From NCBI GenBank assembly GCA_028534125.1, contig CM052832.1, forward strand, positions 13,952,001 to 14,016,000: a DNA stretch of 64,000 nucleotides. The letters run 5' to 3'. Origin of the DNA: Lama glama. Taxonomy: Eukaryota. The notes below the pieces were generated by a model. The model searched no databases. It was not told the DNA's origin and saw only the letters and a program-made list of their open reading frames with translations. Position numbers and translations under genes: made by a program. Positions 27,213 to 40,424 of this stretch are shown here, piece by piece. Every line of letters starts with the position of its first letter. The first letter of the stretch is position 1.

Positions 27213-28376
27213 TATTATCAACAGGATAACAAATAACAAATGCTGACAAAGATGTGGAGAAAAGGGAACCTGTGTGCACTGTTGGTGGAAATGTAAATTG
27301 GTATAGCCACTATGGACAACAGTATGGAGATTCCTCAAAAAAATTAAAAATAGAGCTACTATATGATGCAGTTATTCCACTCCTGGGTATTTATCCAAAG
27401 AAAACAAAAACACTAATCAGAAAAGATCTATGTACCCATATGTTCATTGCAGCATTATTTACAGTGGCCAAGGTATGGAAGCAACCTAAGTGCCCATCAG
27501 TAGAAGAATGGATAACGAAAATGTGAGATATATGTGTGTGTGTGCATGCACAGACACACACACAATGGAATATTAGCCATAAAAAAGAATAAAATCTTGC
27601 CATCTGCAACAACATGAATGGACCTAAATGATATTATGCTAAGTGAAATAAGTCAGACAGAGAAAGGCAAATAGTGTATGATTTCACTTATGTGTGCAAT
27701 CTGAAAAAATAAATGAGCAAACATAACAACAGAAACAGAGTTACAGGTGCAGAGAACAAATAGGTGGTTGCCAGAGGGGAGGAGAGCTGAAGGAGGAAAT
27801 AGGTGAGCGAGGTTAAGAGGTACAAACTTCCGGTTGCAAATTAAATGAGGCATGGATATGAAATGTACAGTGTGGGGTATATAGTCAGTTAACTATGTAA
27901 TGTCTTCATATATTGTAACTAGACTTATCCTGATGATCATTTTGAAATGTATAGAAATATCAGAATCACTATGTTGTGTAACAGGCACTAATATAGTGTT
28001 ATAGTTCAATTATACTTCAAAAACAAACTCAATTGAAAAAGAGACCAGATTTGTGGTTACCAGAGGTGGGGGCAGGAGTTGTGGGGCGGGGATTCAGTGA
28101 AGGCAGTCAAAAAGTATAAACACCTAGTTACGAGATAAATAAGTACTAGGGGTATAATGTACAGCATGATAAATATAATTAACACTGCTGTATGCTATAT
28201 AGAAAAGTTAAGAGAGCAAATCCTGAGAGTTCTCAACACAAGGAAAGATTTTTTTCTATCTTTAATTTTTTAACTGTATGAGATGTTGGGTGTTCACTAG
28301 ACTTATTGTGATATGCTGTATAGCTTAAACTTACACAGTGCTGTATGTCAATCATATCTCAATAAAACTGGAGGAA
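27213..28376 (+). mobile_element. Nested L1 3' insertion
   Basis: Perfect 17-bp TSD AAAAATATCTAGCACTC (27196-27212, 28377-28393); ORF 27254-27526 is the ORF2p C-terminus (CTHMFIAALFTVAKVWKQPKCPS). Confidence 0.9.
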
Positions 28377-29984
28377 AAAAATATCTAGCACTCACCAAAG
28401 TAAAATTCACATTTGACCTCCAGTCAAAAACATCAGACTTACAGTGAAGCAAGAGAAATATAATCCATGAGGAGAAAAATAAAAATTAGAAACAGACCCA
28501 GAAATGACAAAGATAGTATTAGTAGACAAAAATATTAAGTTATTATGGCTATATTCCATATGTTCAATAAAGCAGAGGAAAGATTGAGAATGTTAAATGC
28601 ATATATAAGATATATTTAAAAGATCCAAATTAAACATCTAGAGATGAAAACTACAATATGTGAGATGAAAAATAAACTATGTGGGATTAACAGCAAACTT
28701 GACAGTGCAAGAGAAAAGATTAGTCATCCTGAAGCCATAGCAGTACATACTATCCAGAATTAAAGTCAGAGAGGAAATAGTCAGACTAGGGGAAAAAAAA
28801 ACAGGGCATCAGTGAGCTGTGAGACAACTTTAGGTGGCCTAATATACATGTAATTGTAGTCTCGAGGAGAGGAGGGGTACAGAAAAGTTTTTTGAAGAAA
28901 CGATGTCCAAAAAATTTCCAAATCTGATAAAAACTATAAACCCAGAGATCCAATAAAAAAAGAAAGAAAAAATGAAACAAAGAATAGATGACAAACGGAA
29001 AACAAATAGCAAGGTTTATACCAAACTGGGTCTATAATTACATTAACTATGAATGATCTAACCAATTCAATTAAAAGACAAAATTCTTAACAAAATTTTA
29101 GCAAATTGACTCCAACAGCTTATAAAAATGATAAAATGACCAATGGGATTTGTCCCAGGAATACAAGGTTGAACATCAATGTCATATACCGTGTTTAATA
29201 AAGTAAAAGCGAAAAACCACATGATCAACTAGTAGATGCAGAAAGAGCATTTAACAAAATCCAACATGCATTACTACAAAAATTCTCAACAAACTAGGAA
29301 TAGACAGGAACTTCCTCAATCTGATAAACATCTATGAAAAACCAATAGCTGAAATCATACTTAATACTGAAAGACAGAGGCCTTTCCCGCTAAGATCAGG
29401 AACAAGACAAGATGTCCACTATGAGTCATCACTTCTATTGATTGTACTTGAGGTTCTAGCCAGTGCAGTCAGACAAGAAAAAGAAATGAAAGACATCTAG
29501 ATTGAAGGAGAAGAAATAAAACTCTTTATTCACAGATGTCATGATTGCCTATGATTTTAAAAAATGCTCCTAGAACAATTAAATGCACTTAGGAAAGTTG
29601 CAGGATACAAGATCAACATAGAAAAATCAATTGTATTTCTATATACTAGCAAGTGAACAGTCAGAAGTTGAAATTTTAAAAGAATACTATTTATAGTAAA
29701 ATAAAAAATACTCATTACCCAAGGATAAATTTCCTGAAAAGATACACAAGACCTCTACACTGGAAGCTGTAAAATATTACCAAGAGAAATTAAAGAAAAC
29801 CTCAATAAATGAAGATATATTGTGTTCAAGGATTGTAAGACTCAATATTGTTGTCAGTTTTCTCTAAAGATACTGATTCAGTGCAATCTCAATCAGAATC
29901 CCAGCTGGCAACTTGTAGAGAGTGACAAGTTTTAAAAATTTATATGGAAATGCAAAGGTCCTAGAATAGACAAAACAATTTTTT

Positions 29985-30478
29985 TCACTTTGTAAAATGT
30001 GTGTGTGTATGTGTATCTTTTTATTGAAGTATAGTTGATTTACAATCAACTGTTACAATCAACTGTTGTGTTAGTTTCAGGTATACAAAGTGATTCGGTT
30101 ATACACACATACATATATCTAGATCTGTTATTTTCAGATTTTTTTTCTGCTATAGGTTATTACAAGACATTGAATATAGTTCCCTGTGCTTGTTGTTTAT
30201 CTATTTTATATATAGAAGTGTGCATACGTTAATCCCAAACTCCTAATTTATCCCTTCCCCGCCTTTTGCCCTTTGGTAGTCAGAAGTTTGTTTTCTGAGT
30301 CTATTTCTATTTTGTAGATAAATTCATTTGTATCCTTTTTTTAGATTCCACATGTAAGTGAAATCATATAATACTTGTCTTTCTCTGACTGACTTCTCTT
30401 AGTATGATAATCTCTAGGTCCATCTGTGTTGCTACAGATGGCATTATTTCATTCTTTTTTATGGCTGAGTAATATTTC

Positions 30479-30513
<35 letters not shown>

Positions 30514-30772
30514 TACATCTTCTTTACCCATTTATCTGTCGATGGACATTTATTTAGGTTACTTCCATGTCTGGCTACCGTAACTAGTGCTGCTGTGAAC
30601 ATTGGGGTGTGTGTATCTTTTTGAATTAAGAGTTTTCTCCAGATATATGCTCAGGAATGGGTTGCTGGATCATATGATAATTCTATTTTTAGTTTTTTAA
30701 GGAGCTTCCATACTGTTCTCCATAGTGGCTGCACCAACTTACATTCTTACCAACAGTGTAGGAGAGTTCCTC
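29985..30772 (-). mobile_element. Nested antisense L1 3' insertion, contains (TG)14 at 30483-30510
   Basis: TTTATTGAAGTATAGTTGATTTACAAT tail; TSD CAAAACA(A/G)TTTT at 29971 and 30773. Confidence 0.85.
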
Positions 30773-31364
30773 CAAAACAGTTTTAGTGAAGAACAGAGAG
30801 GATTTAGTGCTATCTGATTTCTAAAACTTAGCTATAATAATCAAAACAATGATATTGGTGTATAATAATGAAAACAACAGTATTAGTGTAAAGTAAGGAA
30901 ATAGACCCATGGAACAGAAAATATGATCAATGAATTTTTGAATATAATGCCAAGTCAATTAAATGGGAAAGAGGTTAATCTTTTCAACAAATGATAGTGC
31001 AACAATTTAATATTCATACACAAAAAACTAAATCCATACCTTAATCTGTACCTTATATCACATATAAAAGTTAATTCAAAATTGATCATAGACCTAAATG
31101 TAAAGCCCCAATCCGTGATGTTTCTAGAAGAAAATATTTGTGATGTTGTGTTTGGTAAAGATTTCTAAGGTACAACACTAAGCATGATTTATAAAAGAGA
31201 AAAAAAGATGGATTGTATCAATATTAAGAACATCTTTTTGAAAGCCATCTTTGACAGAATAAAATGACAAGTCGCAGACTGGGAGAAAATATTCACAAAA
31301 TATCTGATTAAAGGCTTGTACTCAAAATATATAAGGAACTCTCAAAACTTAATAAGAAGGAAAT

Positions 31365-31725
31365 AAATCAGACAAAGACAAATATTGTATGATGTTGCTT
31401 ATATGTGGAATCTAAAAAAGATACAACTTGTATTTACAAACCAGAAATAGATTCATGGACATAGAAAACAAGCTGTGGTTACCAGGTGGGAAAGGGGTTG
31501 AGGAAGGATAGATTGGGAGTTTGGGATTGATGGATACACATTACTATATGTGCAGTGGGTAAGCAACAAGAACCTATTGTATAGCACAAGGAAATATATT
31601 CAGTTTCTTGAAATGAGCTGTAGTGGAAAAGAAACTGAAAAAATATATATGTATAACTGAGTTGCTTTGCTGTGCGCCTGAAACGAACCTTACTACACTT
31701 CAATAAAAAAATAAGAATAATAATT
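31365..31725 (+). mobile_element. Nested L1 3' end
   Basis: CAGACAAAGACAAATATTGTATGAT...GTATAGCACAAGGAAATATATTCAG...CAATAAAAAA; imperfect TSD AAAACTTA..AA.AAGGAAA. Confidence 0.8.
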
Positions 31726-32777
31726 TAAAAACTTATAATAAGGAAACAACCCAGTCAAAAATAGGCAAAAGATTTGAACAGACACTTCACCAAAGAAACT
31801 ACTTGGGTGGCTGATCAGCCCATGAAAAGATGATCAACATCGTGTCATTAGGAAAATGCAGATTAAAATGACAATTAGATACCACTACATACAAGTTAGA
31901 GTGTCTTCAGTTAAAAAGGCTTACAGTACCAAGTGTTAGTGAAAATATGGAGCAGTTGAAACTCTTACATACTTCTGGTGGGAATACAAAATGGTTCATA
32001 CATTTTGGAAACAGATTGCCACTTTCTTGAAGACCTAAAATATACACCTACTCTGTGATTTAGCCATTCCACTCCTAAGCATTTATCTAAGAGAAATGAA
32101 TGCATATGACCACATAAAGATTTGTAACCAAGTATTCATACTAGCTTTATTTGTAATAGACAAAAATTGAAAGCAATCCAAATGTGCATCAACAGGCAAA
32201 TAATTTGCATATCTCCATACACTGGAATACTACTAGGCAATAAAAGGAACAAACTATTGATACATACAACAGTGTATTTTATTCTCAGTATAATTACAGT
32301 TAAGAGAAAGAAGCAATGGAAAAAGACATTCCATTTATATGAAATTCTATAAAATACAGACTATTGAGAAAGCATATCAGAGATTGCTGGAGACATGAGC
32401 CAGAGAGAGGTGAACTATAAAGGGATACAAGGAAACTTGTGTGTGTATATTCATAATCTTGATTGTAGTGATAACTTAGTGGATATGTATATATACATAT
32501 GTCAAAACTTAAAAATTAAATACTTTATGTGCAATTTACTGTTACTAGATTTTAAAAAATGTATTTGTGTGTCCTTCAGCATTTATAGCAAGCTGCTCAA
32601 ATTTCAGAATCACATAAAGGACTCAGTTTTTAAAATAATTTTTCAGTGATAAAGTTTGATGAATTGGGAAAACATGTATTACATATATCAAGTTTACTTA
32701 CAATTTTAACTTATTAAACAATTGAGAAACTGAATAAATGTTCCAGTTTGGGCTTTCTGAAATTCTGAAGAATTTTA

Positions 32778-32857
32778 TATATATATATATATATGTGTGT
32801 GTGTATATATATATATGTATATATATATGTGTGTATATATATATATATGTATATATG
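32778..32857. repeat. Compound (TA)n/(TG)n microsatellite
   Basis: Seen directly. Confidence 0.9.
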
Positions 32858-33042
32858 TAAAATCTCAAATGTTAGATTTAATCATATTGTCAGATTAGAA
32901 CATTGTTATCCAACTGGATGATAAGTAAAGGGAGAGGAAGGAGAGAATGTTGAAAGAACCCTAAGTGTAAAATGGAGGACATCAACAGAATTCTAGGCTT
33001 GGGAGGGATTGTTACGATCTTGTTTGGATGACTAGGTATCTA

Positions 33043-33549
33043 TAGTAGGTAGTAGAATAATGGCTCCCTTGAGATGTCCACATCCTAATCCCTGGAATTT
33101 GTTAACATTATCTTACAGAGTAGAAGCGACTTTGCAGATATGATTATGGTTAAAGACTTTGAGATGGGGAAATTATCCTAGATTATCCTGATTAGCCCAA
33201 CACAATCAAATAGATTCTTAAGAAATTTAAGAAAGAAAAACTTCCCTGGCTGTGGCCAAAGGGAGATGTGACTCCAAAAGAATAATCAGAGAATACAGTA
33301 TTGCTGGCTTTGAAGATGGAGGAAAGGGGCCATGAGCCTGGGAATGTGGGCAGCCTCTAGAGGTTAGAAAAAACAGGAGATTCTCTCTTGGAGCCTCCAG
33401 AGGGAACACAGCCCTGCTAACACCTTGATTGTAGCCCAGTGGACCTACTTCTGACGTCTGCCCTCCAGAACTATAAGATAATTTGTGTGTTTTTTTAAGC
33501 CATTGAGTTTGTGATAATTTGTTGTGGCAGCTCTAGAAAACTAACACAG
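33043..33549 (+). mobile_element. MaLR solo LTR (MLT1D-like)
   Basis: GTAGAATAATGGCTCCC...GATGTCCACATCCTAATCCCTGGAA...GACTTTGCAGAT...GAGCCTCCAGAGGGAACACAGCCCTGCTAACACCTTGATT...GAAAACTAACACA. Confidence 0.85.
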
Positions 33550-36500
33550 TATCTAAGGGGATAAACCTCAGAATTAATCATGCTTTCCCAGAGGACTGCA
33601 ATGGAAAGTGAACTCTCTGATACCAGAGTAACTTTTTCCATTCCTTGGGAATTGTTTTCCCTTCCACATATCAAACCTCATTTTCCTATAAAGTGAAGTG
33701 AAGCATCTATTTATTCATTAAAAGTTATTCTAAATATTAAATATTAGAATTGAAATAAACCTTAGATACCATTTTTGTCTAACCTCTTGAAATTTACAGG
33801 TGGAGAAACTGAATGACAGCCAAAGATTCCATAGCTAGTTACCAATGGATTTGAGTTTAAATTCAGGCATGGTTCAATCCTCTCTCATACATACCTTTAA
33901 TTAAAAATTTGTCCTGGAAATGTGGAATATATGAGTCATTCCAAAGAAGGTGTTTACTTAGGGAGATAGACAAATCTTTATCTGGTGGACAGGATTAATT
34001 AATTAACTTGTCACCTTGGAAGGCCCTGAGGAGCCTGACCCTGAAGAGATGGATTAAGTCACATTAACAAACTTCACTGGTCAGTAACTAGATCTGCATG
34101 CAGAGGAGGTACCAACTCAGGGTTTGGGAGATGGTAGGGCCACATCAAAAATAAAGTTGCCTTACTTCTTCCTGCATAGGATCTGTTACAGTTTTAAAGA
34201 TTCCATTTTTCCCCAGACTTCTCTGCAAATACCGAACCTCTCCTGTTATGGAACATTCATTTGTTCTCAAAACCCAGTGCCCAGACAGAGGCCTCTGGTC
34301 ATCAGGCTTGGGAGCAGCACTGTTTCCCTCCTCTATCCTCAGTCCCTGTCTTCCTTCCACATTTTTATGGTGGGGAATTAAGGTGGTCAAGGGTTTTGTT
34401 CCTTCTACGTTTTAGGCTTTGTTCGCAGACCTAAAATGCTATTCTTGGACAGTTTTACTCTTGGGAAACATATAGTGAAAACGTGTTTTAAGTCTGCTTA
34501 ATTTATGTTACAATGCTTTAATGAGACTTTAGGAGGGTGCGATATTATACAGAATTTTTATCTTAGGTTTCTTCCTTCTGCATTCCAGCTTTCTGAGTCA
34601 TCTCTTCCTCCAATTACTCTTTAGTGTATACTCAGAGATTGACAGCGAGGTGTGGTCCTGTGCTTTTGACTGCCCAGGTTTAAGTCAAACTGATACAATT
34701 AGTAAGTCTGTTATTGTGTGTATGCACAAACATATGCTTACAGTGCACTTCCAGGATGTATTAATTATGCTCAAGTTTTCTTGATTACTGCTATGATTAG
34801 AACAGAGTATTATTTTTGCCCTATGGTTGAACTCTCAGGTACGATGTAATTCTCCAGATTAGATTTTTCAGAGTAGATTTAGAGAAGGAATATAGTCAAC
34901 TGGAAATGATATGTCAGTACTGATTCCTTCCAGTCTCACATTTTACCATCTTTATATTGATTGCTTTTGAAAATCACAATTCATTCCAGTGTTTATTGAG
35001 TGCCTCTTTTATGCCATCCATTTACACTAGGTTAGGGGAGGAGGGTTTCAAAAATGAACAGGACACATCCTCTGCCTATACAGTGTTTACAGACTTTTGC
35101 CATATGTTACTGTGTTGGCCTGTTCTTAGAAATCACCAGCAGACTTGGAATCAAGCTGTTTGGCCCTAATGAATCAACCCAAGTTAATCTACCACTGTGG
35201 CACAGGTAGAAATTTAATTTTTCTATCAGAAACATGAGTAAGTAATAGAGGCTCACTCCTATCGTCTTTACCCTTATCAGAATGTAAGTTCCATGGAGAT
35301 AGAAATTATTTTCTGTTGTTTACTGCTGTATCTTCATTGCCTAGAACAGAGCCTGGTACATAGTAGGTTCTCAATAGATACTTGTTGACTAAGTGGGAAA
35401 ATGAGTCCTTATCTTTCAGCTTTCAACTAAGATGTATTTTAGTATTCTTCCCCCTGAGCTGGCTGCCTGCTCCTTCATGGATATATTTTCCTTAGATCCC
35501 ACTGGCTGGAATTTAGTCAAATGGCCACACTTAGCTGCAAGGGAGGAAACTGGGGCTTCATTCTGGAAAGCTCCATGTCTAGTTAACAAGTAGAGGTTTT
35601 ATTACTAAGGAAGAAGCGGGGAAAAGGATATTGAGAATTACTAGCAGTCTCTGTCACAACTGTAATACAATTTCCGACAGATGTACGTTTGAGCTAAGGG
35701 ATGTCATGACTTGGTGTGAAGCAGGCTACGTGTGAGAGGTAAGAGGCAGTGTGTAAAGTCGAGAAAGTACCAGAGGTGGATTCTAGTGCTTGCCTCAAAA
35801 GAAATGGTGTTATTTGAATGGTGGTATGATATTAAAGGACAGTGAGAGGAATAGTACTTTGAAAGTGCTGTGAGTTTTTTTAATCTGTCATTAGTGATAT
35901 TGTTGACTTCTTCAGCGATGGTTTGAGTTTTTAAAACTGTTCAGCTGTACTGCCACAAGTCCTAGTAATCAGAAGTGAGGTTTGGATGTTAAAAGTTTTT
36001 GAGAACCACTATTTTATTTTCTTAGAAGTAATTGCAGCTATGCTTTTAAGTACCTTGTAGAATCTGATAACTCCTCAATGTCTGCTGTCAACCCAGACTT
36101 CTCTCCTGAGCCAGGCCTCGTCTCTGACTGCCTTCTGGATATCTCACAAGCACCCCTTGCTCAATCAGAGTTTGCTTCCTCTACATAGAAGACACTCTAA
36201 AATGTTAGAATTAAATTGAACAAAAATAATAAAAAGTCCTGATAAGTGCAACCAAGAAATGTTTCATCTTTTTGTCCTAAGTTAAAAAAAAATATCATGG
36301 AAGTAATATATGCTTAGTGTTAAACTATTTAAATGATACAAAATAAAATCTAAAAAATGAGAATTTCTTCTTGTCCTCTGTCCCCACAATCTCTTTCTCC
36401 AGAGGTAACACTTTTAATGATGGTTAAATATGTCCTCCTTGTATATATAAGCAAATACACATTATTTTCTTCCTAAAAATAGGGTCATACTACAAATTTT

Positions 36501-37844
36501 TTTGCAGCTCACCATTCACTTACTGATACATCTTGATGTCTTTCCATTTTTTTGTGTCATCATTAGAAGATTGTTTATCTGGAGTGCTTAAGACCTTGCA
36601 TGTTCCTTATTAGTGTTTCCAGAGTTCAGCTGTCTTAACACGAAGGAAAAACAATGGTGAAAAAGACATTGTGGCACGTAATGGGTAATATTTGTGTAAT
36701 TGTAACCTAGTGCTTTAAAATGATTGTATGCACCAAAATCTGTAAACAACTAGGAGGCATGGTTGGTTGCTGCAAGTAATTACGTTATACCACATTGTCT
36801 GTACCACATGTATTATCCCTTTGTGACATCATCAACTGACTTTGTTGTTGTTGTTGTTTAAACAGCCCGGAGAACGAAATCATCACTGGGCCCTATGTAT
36901 CATAATACATTTCATGTCTTACAATGATTCCTTTTTTAGTGGATGGACATCTATAAAACCCTTTCTCAGTGCAGTTGTTTTGATGCTTTTGGAATATTTA
37001 GACTCTTAGATCAATGATTTCCCTATGGATTCATCTCATCCTTTTCAAAGACTGCATAATATTTTTATAGTGTGAATTTGTTGGTTTTTATTTAAACATT
37101 TCTCTTGAGAAGCTTTAGAATACTTTCATTTAGCTATAGTTGATTCAGCTATAACTTAAGCAGTCTGTAAGTGTTTAATTGATGAACAGATCTATGCCTG
37201 TGCTCTTCCTACTCTTTTTTTTTTTGCTCTTCCTACTCTTAAATCATTACTTTTCATTTCCCTGTGACTCCCCTGTGTATTTAAGCTTGTAACTAGTTCT
37301 TTCTTCTTAAGCCTTCACTTTCCACTCCCCTTTCACCTAAAGCATTTTACTTGTTCTCTTTGTAAGGCTAGAACAAGTATCAAAATTTTCACCTGTCACT
37401 TTTATATCTTATACGTTCCCCTTCTACTTAACTTTTACACTACAATATGCTGCCTTTCTCCCATTTCTAGTTCTTAACTTCTCAACCTTTACCACTGCCC
37501 AGTGCCCTTGGGAGATGCCAGGGGCTACATAAAATCAGCATTTTTTCCTTAAGAAAGCTTTAGCCTGATACTTATTCTTAGGAGATGTCCCATTTTATTC
37601 TAAATAGAACCTTCAGAAATATTTGAGAGGTAATTGCATCCATAAAATAAGGACATGCTAAGAAAAAGTGAGCAGATAATAAAAGAGTATATGGAAATAA
37701 ACATTTTAAAAAATCCTTTGAACAAGTTAAATGACACATTGGACGTAGTTGACAACCAAATGGTGATCTAGAAATTCCATCAAAGGAAATTTCTTAGAAT
37801 ATAGAGCTAAAAGATGGAGATTGAATTCGAGAGAAAAACCATTA

Positions 37845-37992
37845 TTTCCAAGCCCTGTGTGCACCTTAGAGTCATCTGAGATGCTTTTTAAAAACACTGA
37901 TGTTCTGACCACAGACCAGTTAAATCTAGACTTCTGAGACTAGGTCCAGGCATCAGTGGCTTTTTAAAGATTCCCAGGTGATTCTAATGTTT
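37845..37992. mobile_element. MER5A-like MITE inside an old L1 ORF1 relic (~37580-38270)
   Basis: GTGCACCTTAGAGTCATCTG...TTTTTAAAGATTCCCAGGTGATTCTAATGT. Confidence 0.65.
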
Positions 37993-39104
37993 ATCCCAGA
38001 AAAACATGTTTAGGAGACCTGAAGGATAGAACCAAGATGCCCAAAGTCTGTCTGATAAGACTTCTAGAAGCAGAGGATGGACACTGAAGAACACAGTAGG
38101 AACTTTCCTGAAATCCCCAAAGACTTATCTTCAGCAATTATGCACCAGGATGTTAAGGCCCCTGTGGGAATTAAGGAAAGAAGATAAATTCCACAATATA
38201 TCCTGGAGATATATCCAAATTCCAAGAATAAAGAAAATTCTTACATCTTCCACAGAGAAAAATGGGAACCACCGTGTGCATTGGGGAGGGAGAGAAATCT
38301 ACCTGGCCTAACTGATCTGAACACAGCGTCTGCTCTCTTCCCCAGGTATGCCTCTCTGCTTAATTCCTCTGGCTCTCTCCTGCTCTTTTTGATGGTGACC
38401 AGGCTCCCTAGGGAAAGCTGTTCTTGCAGTTGGTGTTTAGAAGGCAGTTTGCTCTTCTTTGTTCTCTCCTTCAGACTAATCTCATCTGCGTTCTAGTTCA
38501 GTGATACAGCTTTTCTTGTTTTCGAGCTGAGAGCTTTTCAAATTTTTTGGTCGCTCCAGTGTCATCTTGGGGGAAAGTTGATAACTTAGTACTGTCTTTC
38601 AACCTCTGGCATTTGGATGATCTAATATTTTCTAGATTTTTATTGGTGGTTGTTTTAGTACAACGCTTGGCCTCCTACTTATTTAAGAACAGTAATTCTT
38701 CCAAGTAGGCAGTCAGAGAAGGAGTAATTATAAATTTGGTCTATGAACTTTGCTTTCTTCAGTACTTATTGAGAAGAAAAGTGAGTTTACCAAAGCATTG
38801 TATGTATCTAAGAGATACAATGAAGGAGGAAATTATTTGTAGCTATAAAGTGGTAGTTCCATTTAGTATCCTCTCTCTTCTCCTGTCTTCATGATTGGAC
38901 ATCCCAGAGCCTTTGGTCCCTGAAGAACTGATGCAGGAGTCACTTGGGAAGGCTCAGCTCTGGAAATTGTGCTCAAAATGCGAAAGGCATCCTCAGTTAA
39001 GGGGAAAGTAGGAGGATTAAAGAGAGAGAAGTTAAGTCTGGCTGACCATTCTGTTAAGTTAATTACTGTCTACTTCGGCCTCAGATTTCCTTTTCTTTCT
39101 TTCT

Positions 39105-39925
39105 TAAAAAAATGTGGTAAAATATACATAACGTAAAATGTGCTATTTTAACCATATCTAAATGTACAGTGCACTGACAGTGAGTACATTCACATTGTGT
39201 AGCTGTCACCACTCTTCTCCAGAACTTTTTCATCTTCTCAAACACAAACTCTGTACCCAGTAAACAGCTACTGTCTAGTCCCCTTCCCCCCAGTCCCTGG
39301 TAATCTGTCTTCTACTTTCTGTCTCTATAAACCTGCCTATTCTAGGTACCACATAAAAGTAGAATCATACAATATTTGTCCTTTTGTGTCTTGCTTATTT
39401 CACTTAGCCTAATGTTTTTAAGTTGATCTGTGTTGTAGCATGTATCAGAATTTCATGCCTTTTTATGGCTGAATAATACTCATTTTAATAATACATGATA
39501 CATATATGCACACATACCATATTTTGTTTATTGACAATTGGATTTTTCCCCATCTTTGGCTATTGTGAATAATACTGCTTTGAACATTGGTATGCAGGTA
39601 TCTGTTTGCATCTCTGCTTTCTCTTCTTTGGATACATACCTAGGAGTGGACTAGCTGGACCATATGGTAATTCTATGTTTAATATTTTGAGGAACCAGTA
39701 AACTTTTCCACAGACGCTGTGCCCTTTCACATGACCACCAGCAATGCATGAAGTTTCCATTTCTCTACGTCTTCACCAACTCTTGTCATTTTTCCTTTTT
39801 TGATAACAGCTACCCTCCTGGGTGTGAAGTGGTATCTCATTGTGATTTTGATTTGCATTTCCCTTATGACTAATGACATCAAACACATTTCCATGTGCTT
39901 ACTGGCTATTGTGTATCTTCTCTCA
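39105..39925 (-). mobile_element. L1MB-type 3' region
   Basis: TGTGGTAAAATATACATAACGTAAAA tail; ORF 39560-39760 resembles the ORF2p C-terminus. Confidence 0.85.
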
Positions 39926-40239
39926 CACGAGATATTTGTGTATCTTTTAAAGGAGAAAAAAATGAATGTGTGAGATGTATAAGAGCATTGTTCGTCATCT
40001 CCCCGTTCCCTGCTCCAGTGTGGAGGAGGGAAATTAACTGGGGGAAAGCAGGTGAATAAATGTAGTGTGCAGTTTCATATAGGTATATTGTCTCTCAATA
40101 TTTGATCTCATTTCCTCTGCATGAGTATTTCTCTCCCTCATACATTATGTCTTGTCTACAAGTAGATAACTACTTCTGATGCTCTTGTGTTAACTGGACT
40201 TAAATGTTTGAGGGAGGCCTAGGGTTGAAACTAAATGAA

Positions 40240-40424
40240 GGAGAGGGTATAGCTCAGTGGTAGAGTACATGCTTAGCATGTAGGAGGTCCTGGCTTCAAT
40301 CCCCAGTAACTCCATTTAAAAAATTAAATAAATAACAAAAAAAAATTAAATAAATAAACCAAATCCACCCCCCCAAAAAAAACCCAAAATAAAAAAAAAA
40401 TTTTAATATAAAAAATTTAAAAAA
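40240..40424 (+). mobile_element. tRNA-derived SINE (vic-1-like) with expanded A-rich tail
   Basis: GGAGAGGGTATAGCTCAGTGGTAGAGTACATGCTTAGCATGTAGGAGGTCCTGGCTTCAATCCCCAGT. Confidence 0.9.

Larger units (their letters stand above)
26495..32545 (+). mobile_element. Long degraded L1M (5'UTR, ORF1, ORF2, 3'UTR relics) hosting three younger L1 insertions
   Basis: ORF1-like 28400-28950; ORF2 RT-region motifs (AAAAACCACATGATC, GATGCAGAAAGAGCATTT, GGATACAAGATCAACATA) at 29090-29970; continues 30785-32545. Confidence 0.85.
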
